Assembly: GCA_951406725.2 (NCBI GenBank)
Contig: OX597821.1
Location: 65,596,001 to 65,660,000, forward strand
Direction of reading: 5' to 3'
DNA from: Octopus vulgaris
Taxonomy: Eukaryota
DNA: 64,000 nt
How positions within the stretch are numbered: the stretch's first letter is position 1; the number at the start of each line of letters is the position of its first letter. Positions 1-13,699 of this stretch are shown here, piece by piece. The notes beneath the pieces are model-generated. The model was not told the origin of the DNA and ran no database searches. It saw only the letters and a program-made list of their open reading frames with translations. Position numbers and translations under genes: made by a program.

Positions 1-832
1 ACAGTCAGTTCTTGAAGAATAAAGATGAGATTGATTGGAATAGAACCTGGCAATGGCTGCAGAAAGGAGACCTAAAAGGGCCCACTGAGGCATTATTGTG
101 CAGCGCTCAAGAACAAGCACTTAGAACAAACTACTCCAAATATCACATTGATAAAAGCACTGACTCGCCACAGTGTAGGATGTACTATGACAAGAGAGAA
201 AGTATGGGTCATATTGTTAGTGAGTGCTGTAAGCTCGCACAAAGCGAATACAAAAGGAGACACGACAATGTGAGCCCACTGGCTGTTCGCCAAAGCAAAC
301 CTCGAGAGAGCCGAACAATGGTATGAACATAAGGCAGAGGGAGTAATGGAAAACGGGAATTACAAAATACTCTGGTATTTTAACATGCAGTACGACCAAG
401 TCATTGAGGCCTGACGACCAGATATCGTGCTCATCCATTAAGATGTAAAAGAAGTAAATATAATAGATGTTGCAATACTAGGCGATGCGAGGGTGAAATG
501 TTAGGAAACAGAAAAGATTGAGAAATACCAGCCACTGCGGGATGAGATAGGAAAGTTATGGGGCGTGAGGAAAGTAATGGTGATACCGGTGGTAATTGGA
601 GCATTAGGAGCAGTTTCTAAGGGCTTTGAAAAACGTATTATGAATATTGGAGCTGCTGTCAGGCTCGAGGTGATCCAGAAGACAGCATTGTTGGGTACAG
701 CTCGCATTCTCAGGAGAGTATTGCCTCTTTGAGTTACAGGAGAAAGCACTACTTGAAACCTTTGGTGATTTGCTATTGCCTACTTTCAAGTAAAGAATAA
801 CCGGTAATTAAGTACTATCCGAGAGTCTTTCG
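1..832 (+). mobile_element. 3' part of an R4/Dong-type non-LTR retrotransposon (zinc knuckle + restriction-like endonuclease), degenerate, ending in a (TAA)n tail
   Basis: Translation gives TWQWLQKGDLK..QEQALRTN..CRM..HIVSEC..YKRRHDNV, then RPDIVLI..IIDVAI..EKIEKY..PVVIGALG..LLGTARILRRVL* (stop 730-732). It has frameshifts and stops, and (TAA)n begins at 833. Confidence 0.85.
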
Positions 833-875
833 TAATAATAATAATAATAATAATAATAACAATAATAATAATAAC

Positions 876-956
<81 letters not shown>
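833..956 (+). repeat. (TAA)n microsatellite, tail or target of the R4/Dong element
   Basis: Direct reading. Confidence 0.95.
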
Positions 957-957
<1 letters not shown>

Positions 958-1526
958 TAGTTATTTATCATAATGATAATAACATAGTTATGTATAGACA
1001 GACGAAAATTTTCAACTAGGATCTAATTGAGCAAGTGCAGCTAGGGACGATATTACTTAACTGACTCAGTATGAATAAAGTTATTTTAATCAGAATAAAC
1101 TTCGTTTACATTCGTCGACATCAGTCCAGTATATAAACGAAGTTCAAGAGTGAGCACTAGTGGTTAAATTAGATTAAATAGTTTTAATAGGAATCCGCAT
1201 AAATTGATATTAATTTACGTTACTTAGACATGAACCCCAGATGCATCGTCACAAGGTAGGATCATTGAGCAAATTTCATAATATTGGAAAGTTCTACGGA
1301 TAGAGCTTGAGCACCTTAACCCCAATACATCAACATTTTTAATCAGGTTATTCACACACTGCATGATTTTAAAGATTTCCATGCAGCAAAGTGTGCAGCC
1401 ATTTCGACCGCTGAAGTAAGTCTTGGCATATTTAATAATATTCCTAAGAAATTTCATCAATGTCCAGTTTCTACAGTCTTACAGTTACCGATTTCTTGGT
1501 GGATTATTAATATGTTTATGTATGTA

Positions 1527-1689
1527 GGCTGGATGAGTGGCTGTGTGATGAGAAGCTTGCTTCCCAATTATATAGTTCCGGGTTCAGTCCCACTGCGTGG
1601 CACCGTGGGTAAGTATCTTCTATTTTAGCCCCGGGCCGACCAAAGCCTTGTGAGTGGATTTTATAGACGGAGAATGAAAGAAGTCCGTC

Positions 1690-1759
<70 letters not shown>

Positions 1760-1985
1760 ATGTATTTGTGTGTGTGTCTGTGTCCCCCCCCTCCGTCACT
1801 CGACAACCGACCGATGTTGGTGTGGTTTACGTCCCTGTAACTTAGCGGTCAGGCTAAAGACACCGACGGAATAAGTACTACGCTTGCAGGGAATAAGTCC
1901 TGGAGTCGATTTGTTCGACTAAAGGGCGGGGCTCCAGTATGGCTGCAGTCAAATGATTGAAACAAGTAAAAGAATAAAAAAACAT
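1527..1985 (+). mobile_element. tRNA-headed SINE, family A (internal (TA)n/(TG)n tract)
   Basis: A-box-like TGGCTGTGTGA and B-box-like GGTTCAGTCC; body and the CAGTCAAATGA.TGAAACAAGTAAAAG tail are shared with more than 10 copies in the window. Confidence 0.85.
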
Positions 1986-1994
1986 AAAATAATA

Positions 1995-2435
1995 TTGGTT
2001 TCAAATTTTGGCACAAGGCCAGAATTTTCGGGGGCGGGGTAAAGTCAATTACATCTACACCCCCCCCATACCCAACTGGTACTTATTTTATTAACCCACG
2101 TAAAGTTGAAAGGTAATGTCAACCTCCGCGGAACTTGATGACGGACGAAATGCCACGAACCATATTGTCCGGCACATCGATGATTCTACCCGCTCGCCGC
2201 TTTAATATTCCTTGAAATATTCCGTTCTGCTATAGACAGATGGCCTGAAAATTTGGTGGTAGGGAGCTAGTCCATTATATCGACCTAGTGCTCTACTGGT
2301 ACTAATTTTATCGACCCCAAAACGATAAAAAGCGAAGTCGACCTCCACGGAATTTGAACTCAGAACGTGAGGACGGACGAAATGCCTATAAACCTTTTGC
2401 TCGGAGTGCTAATGATCCTGCTAGCTTACCGCCTT
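1995..2435 (-). mobile_element. Two adjacent decayed copies of SINE family B
   Basis: The reverse complement matches the 33874 copy (GTTCTGAGTTCAAATTCC..GAGGTCGAC..GGGGTCGATAAA..AGTACCAG). Confidence 0.7.
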
Positions 2436-3588
2436 AAGAAGCGTTTGTTCTGATTATCATCATCTCTCAGTTCGCTGCCCTCTCTATGTCCAATGGTCGG
2501 CTTGCCAAAACTCTCCACCTTCCTTTGTGCTGTGCTGCATGCATGGATTACTTGGACCTTATTTCCAATCCATTATTTGATGTCGTCAGTTCGCAAACAT
2601 CTTTGTTTCTTAAAATATTAGACAGTTTTTCGAAATCAGTGACTGAAGTTCCTGGGAAAAACAATAAGTATTTGCTAACAGGTCTCCTTTCATCGAAAAC
2701 CAGTGATTGCCGTACGTTGACAAGAGGCAAATACCTCGAAACTGCAGTCCATGCGTATCACTTAGGTTTACGAGGGAGGGATGACCTCCCTTTGCAAATA
2801 CCATAAGAACACAGAAAGTGTGCCTAAAGCCAGCTGGAGACTATGATCTCCTGGGGCTAAAAGCTACAGTAACATCCACCCTTAGTGGTTAGCCATATTG
2901 AGATGGCTAGTATACTTTACAAACTAATTGTTTTATTTCTAACTTAATTATCTCTGAGTGTAGGAGTCGGCATATCCGCAGGTCTGCGTGTATTTGCGCA
3001 TGTGCACATGCGGAGTTCCCTCCTACAGACGTTATCAGCCAGCTATAGTAGACTCCGTAGACATTAAAATAATGTAATATTATCCATGCCTTTGTCTAAA
3101 TATTCTAACAACAATCTAGATAAGTTTACTAGCGCAATTTCTTCCGATATAATGTCTATTAAAAAGCTGCAGGCACATCCTATTGATATGAACGATAGAT
3201 ATTGTCTATGGTAATTAATCATCTTCTCTCAGCGATTCATTAAGGAACTAAATTCTGATCACTTCTCGCCAGAAGAAAGGAAATAATGAATCAGTTTTCC
3301 ATGAGAAATTAATGGATTTCATTGGGTACTTGCTCAATAATTCTAAATTCCTTGAACGAAGAAGTCTATTTTATTCTACTCTTTCACTAAATTGTCATAT
3401 GCCGCTATAATTTTGGTGACATATTGCCGAAGAATTACCCAAAGATTCATTGCCTGGAGAAGCGACACGTTATGAAAACACGATCTTACTTAATGTTATA
3501 TGACTTTGCATGTTGATTCGTGCCAAATTATTTAATATACTGTTTTCCAAATAAAATCACGTTATGGTATACATACATACATACTTAC

Positions 3589-3641
<53 letters not shown>

Positions 3642-3775
3642 CACACACACATACACATAAGTATGTATATATGTTTATATTTATATTTATATATAAGTAT
3701 ATATATAAATATATCTATATATGTAATGTATATATATATATAATGTATATATGTAAGTGTGTATATATATATATA

Positions 3776-3812
<37 letters not shown>

Positions 3813-3814
3813 AG

Positions 3815-3871
<57 letters not shown>

Positions 3872-3874
<3 letters not shown>

Positions 3875-4230
3875 GGTCCCGGGTTGATTCGGGGTTAACC
3901 ACAGTAAATAAGGTACTCAATACATAGCAGAGTAAAATTAATTTATTATATAGAAGGAGCTTCTACAGGACTAGAACTGTTTCATTCAAGAGAAATCTTC
4001 AGGAAGCTAGTTAACAAGAATTGTATTGGCATTTATACATTTAGGCAGGTTTAAAGGGGTGGTGGTGGGGGACTTTTTGGGGGTAGGCATAGCGCAAAAA
4101 TATCATACTTGGGGGAGTGGTCAAGGAGTCAGTGGTAAATTAGATAGAAGAATAAATAAAAGAATAAAAAAGGGAGAATAAAAAAATATATAGAGGAATA
4201 GAGTTTTAGGTAAATAAGGAAAATCTCACT
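3872..4230 (-). mobile_element. Penelope-like terminal-repeat fragment carrying a hammerhead, inserted in (TA)n
   Basis: 3872-4008 is nearly identical to 11685-11820 and has the same boundary (GTAGGTCCCGGG) next to (TA)n; contains an HHR. The right boundary is approximate. Confidence 0.6.
3958..4008 (-). ncRNA. Type I hammerhead ribozyme
   Basis: Minus strand reads AGCTTC-CTGAAGA-TTTC(TCTT)GAAT-GAA-ACAG(TTCTAGTC)CTGT-A^GAAGCT. Stem I is a perfect 6 bp, the core is canonical and the cleavage triplet is GUA. Confidence 0.85.
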
Positions 4231-4377
4231 TATACCTATACACATATGTATACATATATACACACACACACACACATATGCATACTCACATACATACACA
4301 CACACCCATATATATATATATATATATATATACACACGCACATACATATACATACATATATCTACACACACATACGC

Positions 4378-4425
<48 letters not shown>

Positions 4426-4581
4426 ATATATACATACACATATACATGCACATACATATACACACACACATGTATATATGCACACACACACACGACCACA
4501 CATACACACACATATATATCCACATACACACATGCACACACAACACACAAGTCCCTATATACTCATATGTACTTATACACA

Positions 4582-4627
<46 letters not shown>

Positions 4628-5185
4628 CACATACATATGTGTACCTATTCATACCTACACATACACACATATACACATACAAATACAAACCCATTCCCTA
4701 ATTTTAATTTTATTATCTTCATTTATTACTTTTGTTATCTTTGACCGCTGGTCACAAACATCTTGGCTACGACAACCAGTCCCTTTTATCTTTCTACTTG
4801 AGCACAAGCACTCACTCACGCACGCACACTCGTTAGCACGCACACTCACTCATTCGTACACTCATACACATACACGCACGCACGCGTTATATTCATACAT
4901 ACATACATCTACATACATACACGTATATACACATACGTACGCGTACCTACAGATTCATGTCTACAATCTTAGAAGACTAGTCTATACATATACACCAATA
5001 AATATATATACACACATACATATACACCTACATACAAATACATACATACATCATAACTCTACGTACCTACATATACCTAAACACACGAGCGTACACGTAT
5101 ATGTACTTATACACATACACATACCCACGCATATATACATACATACACATACATACACGCACATATACACAAATATATATGTATA

Positions 5186-5219
<34 letters not shown>

Positions 5220-5306
5220 TATATATATATACATATATATACACATATATACATATACACGCATACACACATATATACATACATATACATACACACACAT
5301 ACACAT

Positions 5307-5388
<82 letters not shown>

Positions 5389-5530
5389 ACATATATATAC
5401 ATACACACACATACACATACATATACATATACACACATACACACACACACATACATATATACACACACACACACATACATATACATACACACATACATAC
5501 ACACATATATATACACATACATACATACAT

Positions 5531-5569
<39 letters not shown>

Positions 5570-5640
5570 CATGTGTGCAATAATACATACATACCCATAC
5601 ACACTCACACACTTACATATACATATATACACACACCTAA

Positions 5641-5683
<43 letters not shown>

Positions 5684-5692
5684 TACATATAC

Positions 5693-5793
<101 letters not shown>

Positions 5794-5800
5794 GCTTATA

Positions 5801-6251
5801 TTTATTTGCTGCCGATAAATTTGGCGCGAGTGCGACGATTTGAAAATTTTAGGTCAGATATTGCCGAGGTAGCAAGAGGAATGCCTCGTGAAAAATATCT
5901 GTTCCGACTTGGCTATTTCTTACTGATGAGTCTAAGGGCCTATGGTGGATTGGCTTGATTTAATTTAATCAGGTTAGTTTACCATTAAACGGTAGATGAA
6001 ACGGTGCATCGTCTAAGAAATTACAGGGTAAAAGTTTTTCAATTTTCTCCTGGTTTACGGAATTAATGTTATTTTGCGGTTAAAGCTTTTGGCTGTTATT
6101 TCTAGTGGGTGAATGGCCTATTATGGCCGTTCCTTGATTGTGAAGTTGAACGTAAAAATGGTTTATGACTATTTAATTTTTTTCCTACTAGGCCGCTGGT
6201 GGCAAAAGAATTCTACAAAATTTTTTTTGCCACCCTATATTGATTAATTAT
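5801..6251 (+). mobile_element. 484-bp HHR element (retrozyme-like), copy 1, about 0.93 unit, in (TA)n
   Basis: About 99% identical to the copies at 60121-61177 (3 substitutions and 1 poly-T indel seen); flanked by (TA)n. Confidence 0.85.
5915..6021 (+). ncRNA. Type I hammerhead ribozyme with extended stem II
   Basis: ATTTCTTA-CTGATGA-GTCTA..[19-bp hairpin]..TAGAT-GAA-ACGGTGCATCGT-C^TAAGAAAT; 8-bp stem I, GUC triplet. Confidence 0.9.
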
Positions 6252-6268
6252 ATATATATATATATATA

Positions 6269-7803
6269 CTAGCAGAATTGCGCGGCGTTGCTCGGGGCTG
6301 AATTGCTTGAAAGTACTGTTAATGATTGCACTGAATTATGATGATTATTCAGGCAAATATTGATATAAGTTTACGGTGGGAGATAAGGACTTAACGATCA
6401 AACGTGTGCCATTGCATTGTTTTGGGGGAACCAAATATCTGATGAGCATTATAGGGGCACCAACTTTAAGTTTGAGAAAGTGTGGTGGTAGTCCGGGGTG
6501 CTCAAAGGAATTGAGTACCTCTATTGGATAGTTGATGACGTCCTCTGGGTCAGGAGTTGTATCGATAGACTGATATACATAGATTTCCCCAGGAATGAGT
6601 TTTAGCATTTCATCATTAATATGGTGAACAGTTTTATTCCTCGGGGCCAGAATAGCCCTTTGGCCAATCCAATCCATATTCTGATAATTAGCTTGTAGAT
6701 CTGGGAACACTGCATCTCTGAGATCAGAAGGCGTCTTAACAAAGGTACAAATGGAATCGATGGCAATATTACCAGTTTCATCCCCTGGTATTTTGCCTTC
6801 GCAAAGTGCAAGGAGGGTGTGAGGAAATTTTTAAGAAAGGAATTTGTTTACATACATGTGTGAAATGGCAAATGTTTGTGCAGTTGTCCGAAATGGAACC
6901 AGGGTAAATGTGTGGAACTGATGTATAATAATGAAGGCCTTCTTGTTGTGAATATTAATTTGATTAATATGAACTAAAAACCAGTGGTGTAGCAAAAAGG
7001 ATGACCAGTCTGACTGGCTCATCCCTGTCACACACTCACACACACGCACACACACACACACACACACACGCACCCTTACACACACACACGCACACACACT
7101 CACACACACACACTCACACACACGCACACACACACACACATTAGCTTACAATTTTATTTATATATTTGCGTGTCTATGTGTGTAAAGAGGAAGTGGGAGT
7201 AATATGCAGAGTAAAGGCTTTGAAGTGAAAAGGTAGTTTTCTCGAATTTTTTCTGAAATGGGGGTGAAATTGAAAGAACTTTTGTATGTTATGACCGAAT
7301 GGAAGTACTTTGAAAAATCATAGGTAAACTCTAATTGAAGAAATTGTATGAGGAGTAAATCGTTATGTATTTATTTGTTTCTGTTTGCTGTGTTTTTTTT
7401 TAGTAGTGGTTTAAGGTACACTTGCAAAGAGAAAGAATGTGAAATTATGGTGATAGCATGAGTGATCCGTTTTATATAAATACTTTCACTTTAATCGTTG
7501 CACACTTGCAAAGAGAAAGGAGGAGAAATTAGGGTGATAGCGTGAGTGAAGCAGATCGCTCCGTTTTTGTGTGTGTGTGTGTGTGCTGTAGCCCACACTA
7601 AGAAAAGCACTTCACTTACACACCACAATGTGAGTTTTCTCGAAATTTTGCTTAATTGGGGTTGAAATTTTAAAAACTGGACCTGGCACGACCTGATGTA
7701 TTCTACCCTTAAAAATGCTAGGTAAATTGTAATTGAAGAAATCCTATATTGTAGATTTCTATAAGAGATAAAGGGAGGCAGATAAAATCTGCCTTTTGTA
7801 ATA

Positions 7804-7806
<3 letters not shown>
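6269..7806 (-). mobile_element. Internally deleted Helitron
   Basis: Minus strand starts TC (7806-7805) and ends ..GAGCAACGCCGCGCAATTCTGCTAG (6269); sits between host A and T; carries a helicase remnant. Confidence 0.85.
6345..6830 (-). pseudogene. PIF1-family helicase fragment of Helitron RepHel
   Basis: RAILAPRNKTVHHIN..YQSID..YPIEVLNS..GLPPHFLKLKVGAPIMLIRYL.P..CNGTRLIV is a classic Helitron helicase C-terminal region; truncated and frameshifted. Confidence 0.9.
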
Positions 7807-7865
<59 letters not shown>

Positions 7866-7867
7866 TA

Positions 7868-8295
7868 CTTTCAGATCAGAGCTGCGGCCATGCTGATGCA
7901 TCCCCGTTTTGTACTACACTGTTATTACTAAGAGTCTCCTCTAATATGTGGCACTTGGTGAAGAATGGAGTTTCATATAGCTACCCTCATTTGCACCTCT
8001 TGCTGTGAGGTAGGCTCATCTGGGACTCTCGACAGGAAAAGGTCCAGCTTTGATTTAAAAACCGCTACATCTTCTTTGTACAAGTTCCTCAGACTCTTTG
8101 GGAGAATATTAAAAAGCTGTGGGCCCTTGAAACCCAGGCTGTTGCAGTAGCTGGTCCTGAAGCGTGATGGCATTGCTGGGATCTTTGACACTATGCAGTG
8201 TCGTCTCGTTCTGGCATTGGTGTAGCTTTCAATGCCAAAATTTTGCACAATTCCTTCCAGGATCTTCCAGATATATATTACTGCATACATCTCAG
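7868..8295 (-). mobile_element. 3' end of a CR1-type LINE
   Basis: YAVIYIWKILEG..CNSLGFKGPQLFNILPKSLRNL..FKSKLDLFLSRVPDEP; homologous to 15190-15610 and 24560-24990. Confidence 0.8.
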
Positions 8296-8603
8296 TAATA
8301 TATATCCCACAAGGGATTGGTCGGCCCGATGCTATAGTAGAAGACACTTGGCCCAGTGCCACGCTGTGGGACTGAATCCGGAACAATGTGGTTGGGAACC
8401 AAGCTACATACCACACAGATACTCCTGCGCCTATAAATATGTGCATACACACACACACACACATATGTATGTATATGTGTATACATATATACATACATAC
8501 ATACATGCATACATATATGAATACACACAAACACAAACACATGGACTTGCACTCATATAAACACAATTATCAATTTCGTTTGAGTCACAAATATGCCTTG
8601 CCG

Positions 8604-8715
<112 letters not shown>

Positions 8716-9051
8716 CATAAGTATATTCCAACAATAGAATTGATCGTTGCTATATGGTTACCTCCTACTTGTTTTGCGCAAAATGAACTTTCTGCACCAC
8801 CCGTTCCTGAAACAGCTGTAAGAGATATTCTGTACATCTTATAACTTCTTTCCTTCTTTTGATTTATTATCATTTAACAACTTAATCATTATGTTTAAAA
8901 ATATGTCCTAATTTAACCTCATACCAGTTCTTTACCTGCCTACACTACATTTATCAAATTATGCATACATACAAACATACATACATACATACATACGCAT
9001 TTATGTATGTATGTTTATATATATATATGTGTGTATTCTTACTTGTGTGTA

Positions 9052-9092
<41 letters not shown>

Positions 9093-9262
9093 CTTTACTC
9101 ATAAGGTATTGAAATCTTACGTATATACCATTCTGCATATACAACATCTACAAATACAACATCCCTACTTATCTCACATCTATTTTCTTTTCTTTCCTCC
9201 ACCTCACTCTCTATTTTATATCGGATCTAAATAAAAAAAATTCTTAACCATCCTCTCACACC

Positions 9263-9310
9263 GTCTCCGATGAAGGGATATAATAAATAACCTGGAAACA
9301 GCTGTAAGAT
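9263..9310 (+). ncRNA. Minimal Penelope-type hammerhead variant (CCGAUGA core)
   Basis: GTCT-CCGATGA-AGG..CCTG-GAA-ACAGCTGT-A^AGAT with palindromic stem III ACAGCTGT; the same GAAACAGCTGTA occurs at 8809 (+) and about 19380-19391 (-). Confidence 0.6.
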
Positions 9311-9642
9311 CGTTTATTTATAAACGTTCTTAAATTTACAGAGCGTTGATTTTTTTTTTTATCTCATTACGAAAAAAAATTTTATATATATATATATATA
9401 TTTCTGTATGAGTTAGAGGCTAAGAAACCGTCTAAGGGATATTAAATATCCCAAATACTACTGGATGTGTACCTAAGTATTTATAACGAAGTGCTTACTA
9501 TTGCATGGTAATATCACAATTGAGTATTAGGTATTAGGTGAATTAGAAATTTACCCAAGGTTTACCCATTTTCTTATTTGCCTCATATATATATATGCTT
9601 GTGTGTGCGTATATATATATATATATATATATTTATGTTTAT

Positions 9643-9759
<117 letters not shown>

Positions 9760-10677
9760 ACTGAGACAAATAACGATAGATAGAGAGATAGAAAATATAG
9801 ATAAGATAGATAAAAGAGACTGTGTCAGATGAGAAAATCATGTTTAAGATTAGAAACAGTATCAGAAAGACTCATTTGCAGTAACGTAACTAATCATATG
9901 GCATTCTTGTAGACATATTACTCTTGTGGAATCACATGCAACTGAGTTCATATTACGGTGCCAAGGTGTGGCGGTAAGGTGTGGTGGTATTCTCTCTTCG
10001 GTAAAATTGGGAGGATTGTGCTAAGATGCGAAAAAAAAATATATGTATAAATAAACATAAATAAATACTGCAGAGGGTGGTTCTTCTGTTTGAATTCTTC
10101 GCAAAAATACGTGCCAAAATAGTGTCGCCTTATATATTGTTGGACTAAACTTATTTCTGGAAACTGCTAATTGGAACGAAATAAATGAAGTAACGCTGAA
10201 GAATTTGGAAGAAATAGAAGAAATGGCAATTCTCTAGCTAGCGTCATGTTGTCGCAGAAATTTCTGCCTTTAGAGTAAGCATGAATTATTGAACATTTCA
10301 AAAACTAATTCCAGTGGGACATCCACTTAACATGCGCATATAGACTTAAACATACGCACAAATAAATGCGCTGTCTCACATACTATCGTGCAGATAGGCG
10401 TGACAAACATACTACGTAGATCTATACGAAACTACATACACACACACGCACATATATATATATATGTAGATACATAGATAAATAGATAGATATGTAATTA
10501 CATACATACATGCATATATATGCAAACACATACACGCACATGTGCACGGACACACAGACACACATATACAGAGAGAGAGAGAGAGGGGGGGTGACAGACA
10601 TACAGAGAAGAACAAACATAAATGTGAATAAATAATTCAGAGTATACATGTGCGTACATACAGAGAGAACATCAATA

Positions 10678-11090
10678 GGCGTAGGAGTGGCTGTGTGGTA
10701 AGTAGCTTGCTTACCAACCACATGGTTTCGGGTTCAGTCTCATTGCGTGGAATCTTGGGCAAGTGTCTTCTGCTATAGCCCCGGACCGACCAATGCCTAT
10801 TGACTGGAACTGGTAGACGGAAACTGAAAGAAGCCTGTCGTATATATGTATATATATATATATGTATATGTATGCGTGTGTGATTGTGTGTTTTTGTTTG
10901 TCCCCCTAGCATTGTTTGACAACCGATGCTGATGTGTTTACGTGCCCGTCACTTAGCGGTTCGGCAAAAGAGACCGATAGAATAAGTACTGGGCTTACAA
11001 AAAGAATAAGTCCCGAGGTCGAGTTGCTCGATTAAAGGCGGTGCTCCAGCATGGCCGCAGTCAAATGACTGAAACAACTAAAAGAGTAAA
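10678..11090 (+). mobile_element. SINE family A, full length
   Basis: GGCGTAGGAGTGGCTGTGTGGTAAG head, conserved body, GGTGCTCCAGCATGGCCGCAGTCAAATGACTGAAAC tail. Confidence 0.9.
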
Positions 11091-11108
11091 CCAATGAGTG
11101 CATATGTG

Positions 11109-11144
<36 letters not shown>

Positions 11145-11392
11145 TGTATGTATGTATGTATGTATGTATGTATGTATGTATATATGTATGTATATATGTA
11201 GGTAGGTAGGTAGGTATGTAGGTAGGTAGGTAGGTAGGTTGGAATGTATACAAGCATGTACTTTAAACACACTATTCCAAACGTATTGTGAAACTTCCTC
11301 AACACATTCACCAATGGGACCGACTCCGCTGTCCCCGGATGCTTATATATATTTTCATGTACGAGTAAATATGCATACACACACACACACAC

Positions 11393-11449
<57 letters not shown>

Positions 11450-11626
11450 CAGGGTGTCCCCAAAAAATGTATACACACCTTAAATAATTGTAAATTTGTT
11501 ATTCTTTGTAAGCCTCATATATATATATATATATATATATACATAATATATATATATATATATAGTACTTATTCTATCGTTCTCTTTTACCGAGCCACTA
11601 TGTGTATACATTTTTTTTGGAACACC

Positions 11627-11629
<3 letters not shown>
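11450..11629. mobile_element. Tc1/mariner-type MITE
   Basis: About 28-bp TIRs CAGGGTGTCCCCAAAAAATGTATACACA / TGTGTATACATTTTTTTTGGAACACCCTG, flanked by TA. Confidence 0.8.
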
Positions 11630-11684
<55 letters not shown>

Positions 11685-11687
<3 letters not shown>

Positions 11688-11871
11688 GGTCCCGGGTTGA
11701 GTCGGGGTTAACCACAGTAAATAAGGTACTCAATACATAGCAGAGTAAATTAATTTATTATATAGAAGGAGCTTCTACAGGACTAGAACTGTTTCATTCA
11801 AAAGAAATCATCAGGAAGCTTCCTGATGATTTCTTCTACAGTTCTAGTCCTGTAGAAGCTCCTTCTATATA

Positions 11872-11878
<7 letters not shown>
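11685..11878 (-). mobile_element. Second copy of the 3872 HHR element with a fold-back inversion
   Basis: HHR at 11770-11820 (-, CTGATGA core), followed immediately by an inverted, partly deleted copy at 11817-11878. Confidence 0.8.
11770..11820 (-). ncRNA. Type I hammerhead ribozyme
   Basis: AGCTTC-CTGATGA-TTTC(TTTT)GAAT-GAA-ACAG(TTCTAGTC)CTGT-A^GAAGCT. Confidence 0.85.
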
Positions 11879-11927
<49 letters not shown>

Positions 11928-11929
<2 letters not shown>

Positions 11930-12268
11930 TCGTGGCACTCCGTCAGTTACGACGACGAGGGTTCCAGTTGATCCGATCGAAGGAACATTCTGCTCGTGAA
12001 ATTAACATGTATCCTTAATGTAGTTCTCGGGGAGATTCAGCGTGACAAAAAGTGTGACAAGGCTGACCGTTTGAAATAGAGGTACAAAAGAAACAGGAAG
12101 AAAGAGTGAGAGAAAGCTGTGGTGAAAGAGTACAGCAAGGTTCGCCACCATCCCCGTAGAGCTTTAAGTGTTTTCGGTCAATAAACACTCACAACACCCG
12201 GTCTAGGAATCGAAACCATAAGCCTATGACCGCCAGTCCACTGCCCTAACCACTGAGCCATTGCACCT
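11928..12268 (-). mobile_element. tRNA-headed SINE (family C-like)
   Basis: Minus head GGTGCAATGGCTCAGTGGTTAGGGCAG..GGTTTCGATTCC, with A and B boxes. Confidence 0.7.
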
Positions 12269-12327
12269 CACACACACATTTATATATATATACTCAAATA
12301 TATACGTGCATACACATATGTGTGTAC

Positions 12328-12358
<31 letters not shown>

Positions 12359-13158
12359 GTTGTGTGTGTGTGTACATTTGTACATACATACATACATACA
12401 TACATACATACATACATACAAACATACATACATGCATACATGTATAATCATAATCTTATTCGTATAATGTAAAAGCAATGAAGTATAAGAAGTGACAACA
12501 CAGGAGGCAGAAAGTTCAACAAAAAAGCTAGTAAAGTATCGCCCTAATACAAATACAAAACATCGAAACGTTTCGGATGTTAGTCCTTCAGCAAAAAGAA
12601 TGTGAGATGCATTTAGAGAATGAGAAAAAGAATTACTCACTGACGAAAGAATGGGTGAAAGATTGGAAACCAGATAGAAATGCCATTTTATGGGGTAAGT
12701 TAAGAATCTAAGAAGTAACGAGTGTGTGTATGCGAGTAGATGAGTGTATCCGTGTCTAAAATCGTGTAATGGAGAAGAAGCGGCGTGCGGTATTATTGCA
12801 GAGGTGTGGAAGTGCTGACGATTGGTAGCATAGATTTGCGGGTAGAGGAGGTTGGTGCGTGCATAATCGTTCAGCGGGTGAGAAAGACGTTTATATATGA
12901 GGAGTTGAGTGTGAGGGGAAAAGGATACTCATAAAGCAATTTGGAAGGCGAAATGGACGAAGAGGGTGTAACAGTGTACTGTACATGTGCATGAAAGGAT
13001 TTCACATGGAAGAAAGGCTTAAACTATAATAATATGAGAAAGATATTTCCATACATATGTTTATGTATAAACGACATATCTATCTATCTATCTATCATCA
13101 CACACACATACATACATATATACGTGTACACATATGTATGTTTATATATGTAGTAGAT

Positions 13159-13233
<75 letters not shown>

Positions 13234-13699
13234 AGCACTAACTCACACACATTTAAACATAACATATTTCCAATAAATTTCCTGACGAAATACCTTAGTC
13301 ATCTCTTTCAAATTTATTAATTATGTATATTCATGTATTAATCATGTAATTATATGGTTATGACGTTTGCATTTTAACTGCAAATTCAGCTATAGAATTT
13401 AGAATAAAATCATGAAAGATCAGTGAAATATCTGCTCTTTATTATTCCAAATATTTTGCTCTGAACATTCGTTGTAGCTAATCTGTCCTTAAATAAACTC
13501 ATTCCGTTGATCGATAAGTAATTTAAAACATATCAAAGACTGAACACTTTAATTCTGTGGATATATATTTATATATATATATATATATGATATGAATTTC
13601 CAGCAGTGCTGATCCCGCTTAGAACCAGCACTGGTGGAGATTGAGAAACATCTGAAATGCTAGCATGAAAACGAATGAGCAGACAAAGAAGCCTGGGTT

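Noticed and set aside
1224-1460. 78-aa Cys-rich ORF as a host exon
   Set aside because: No recognisable domain and no partner exons
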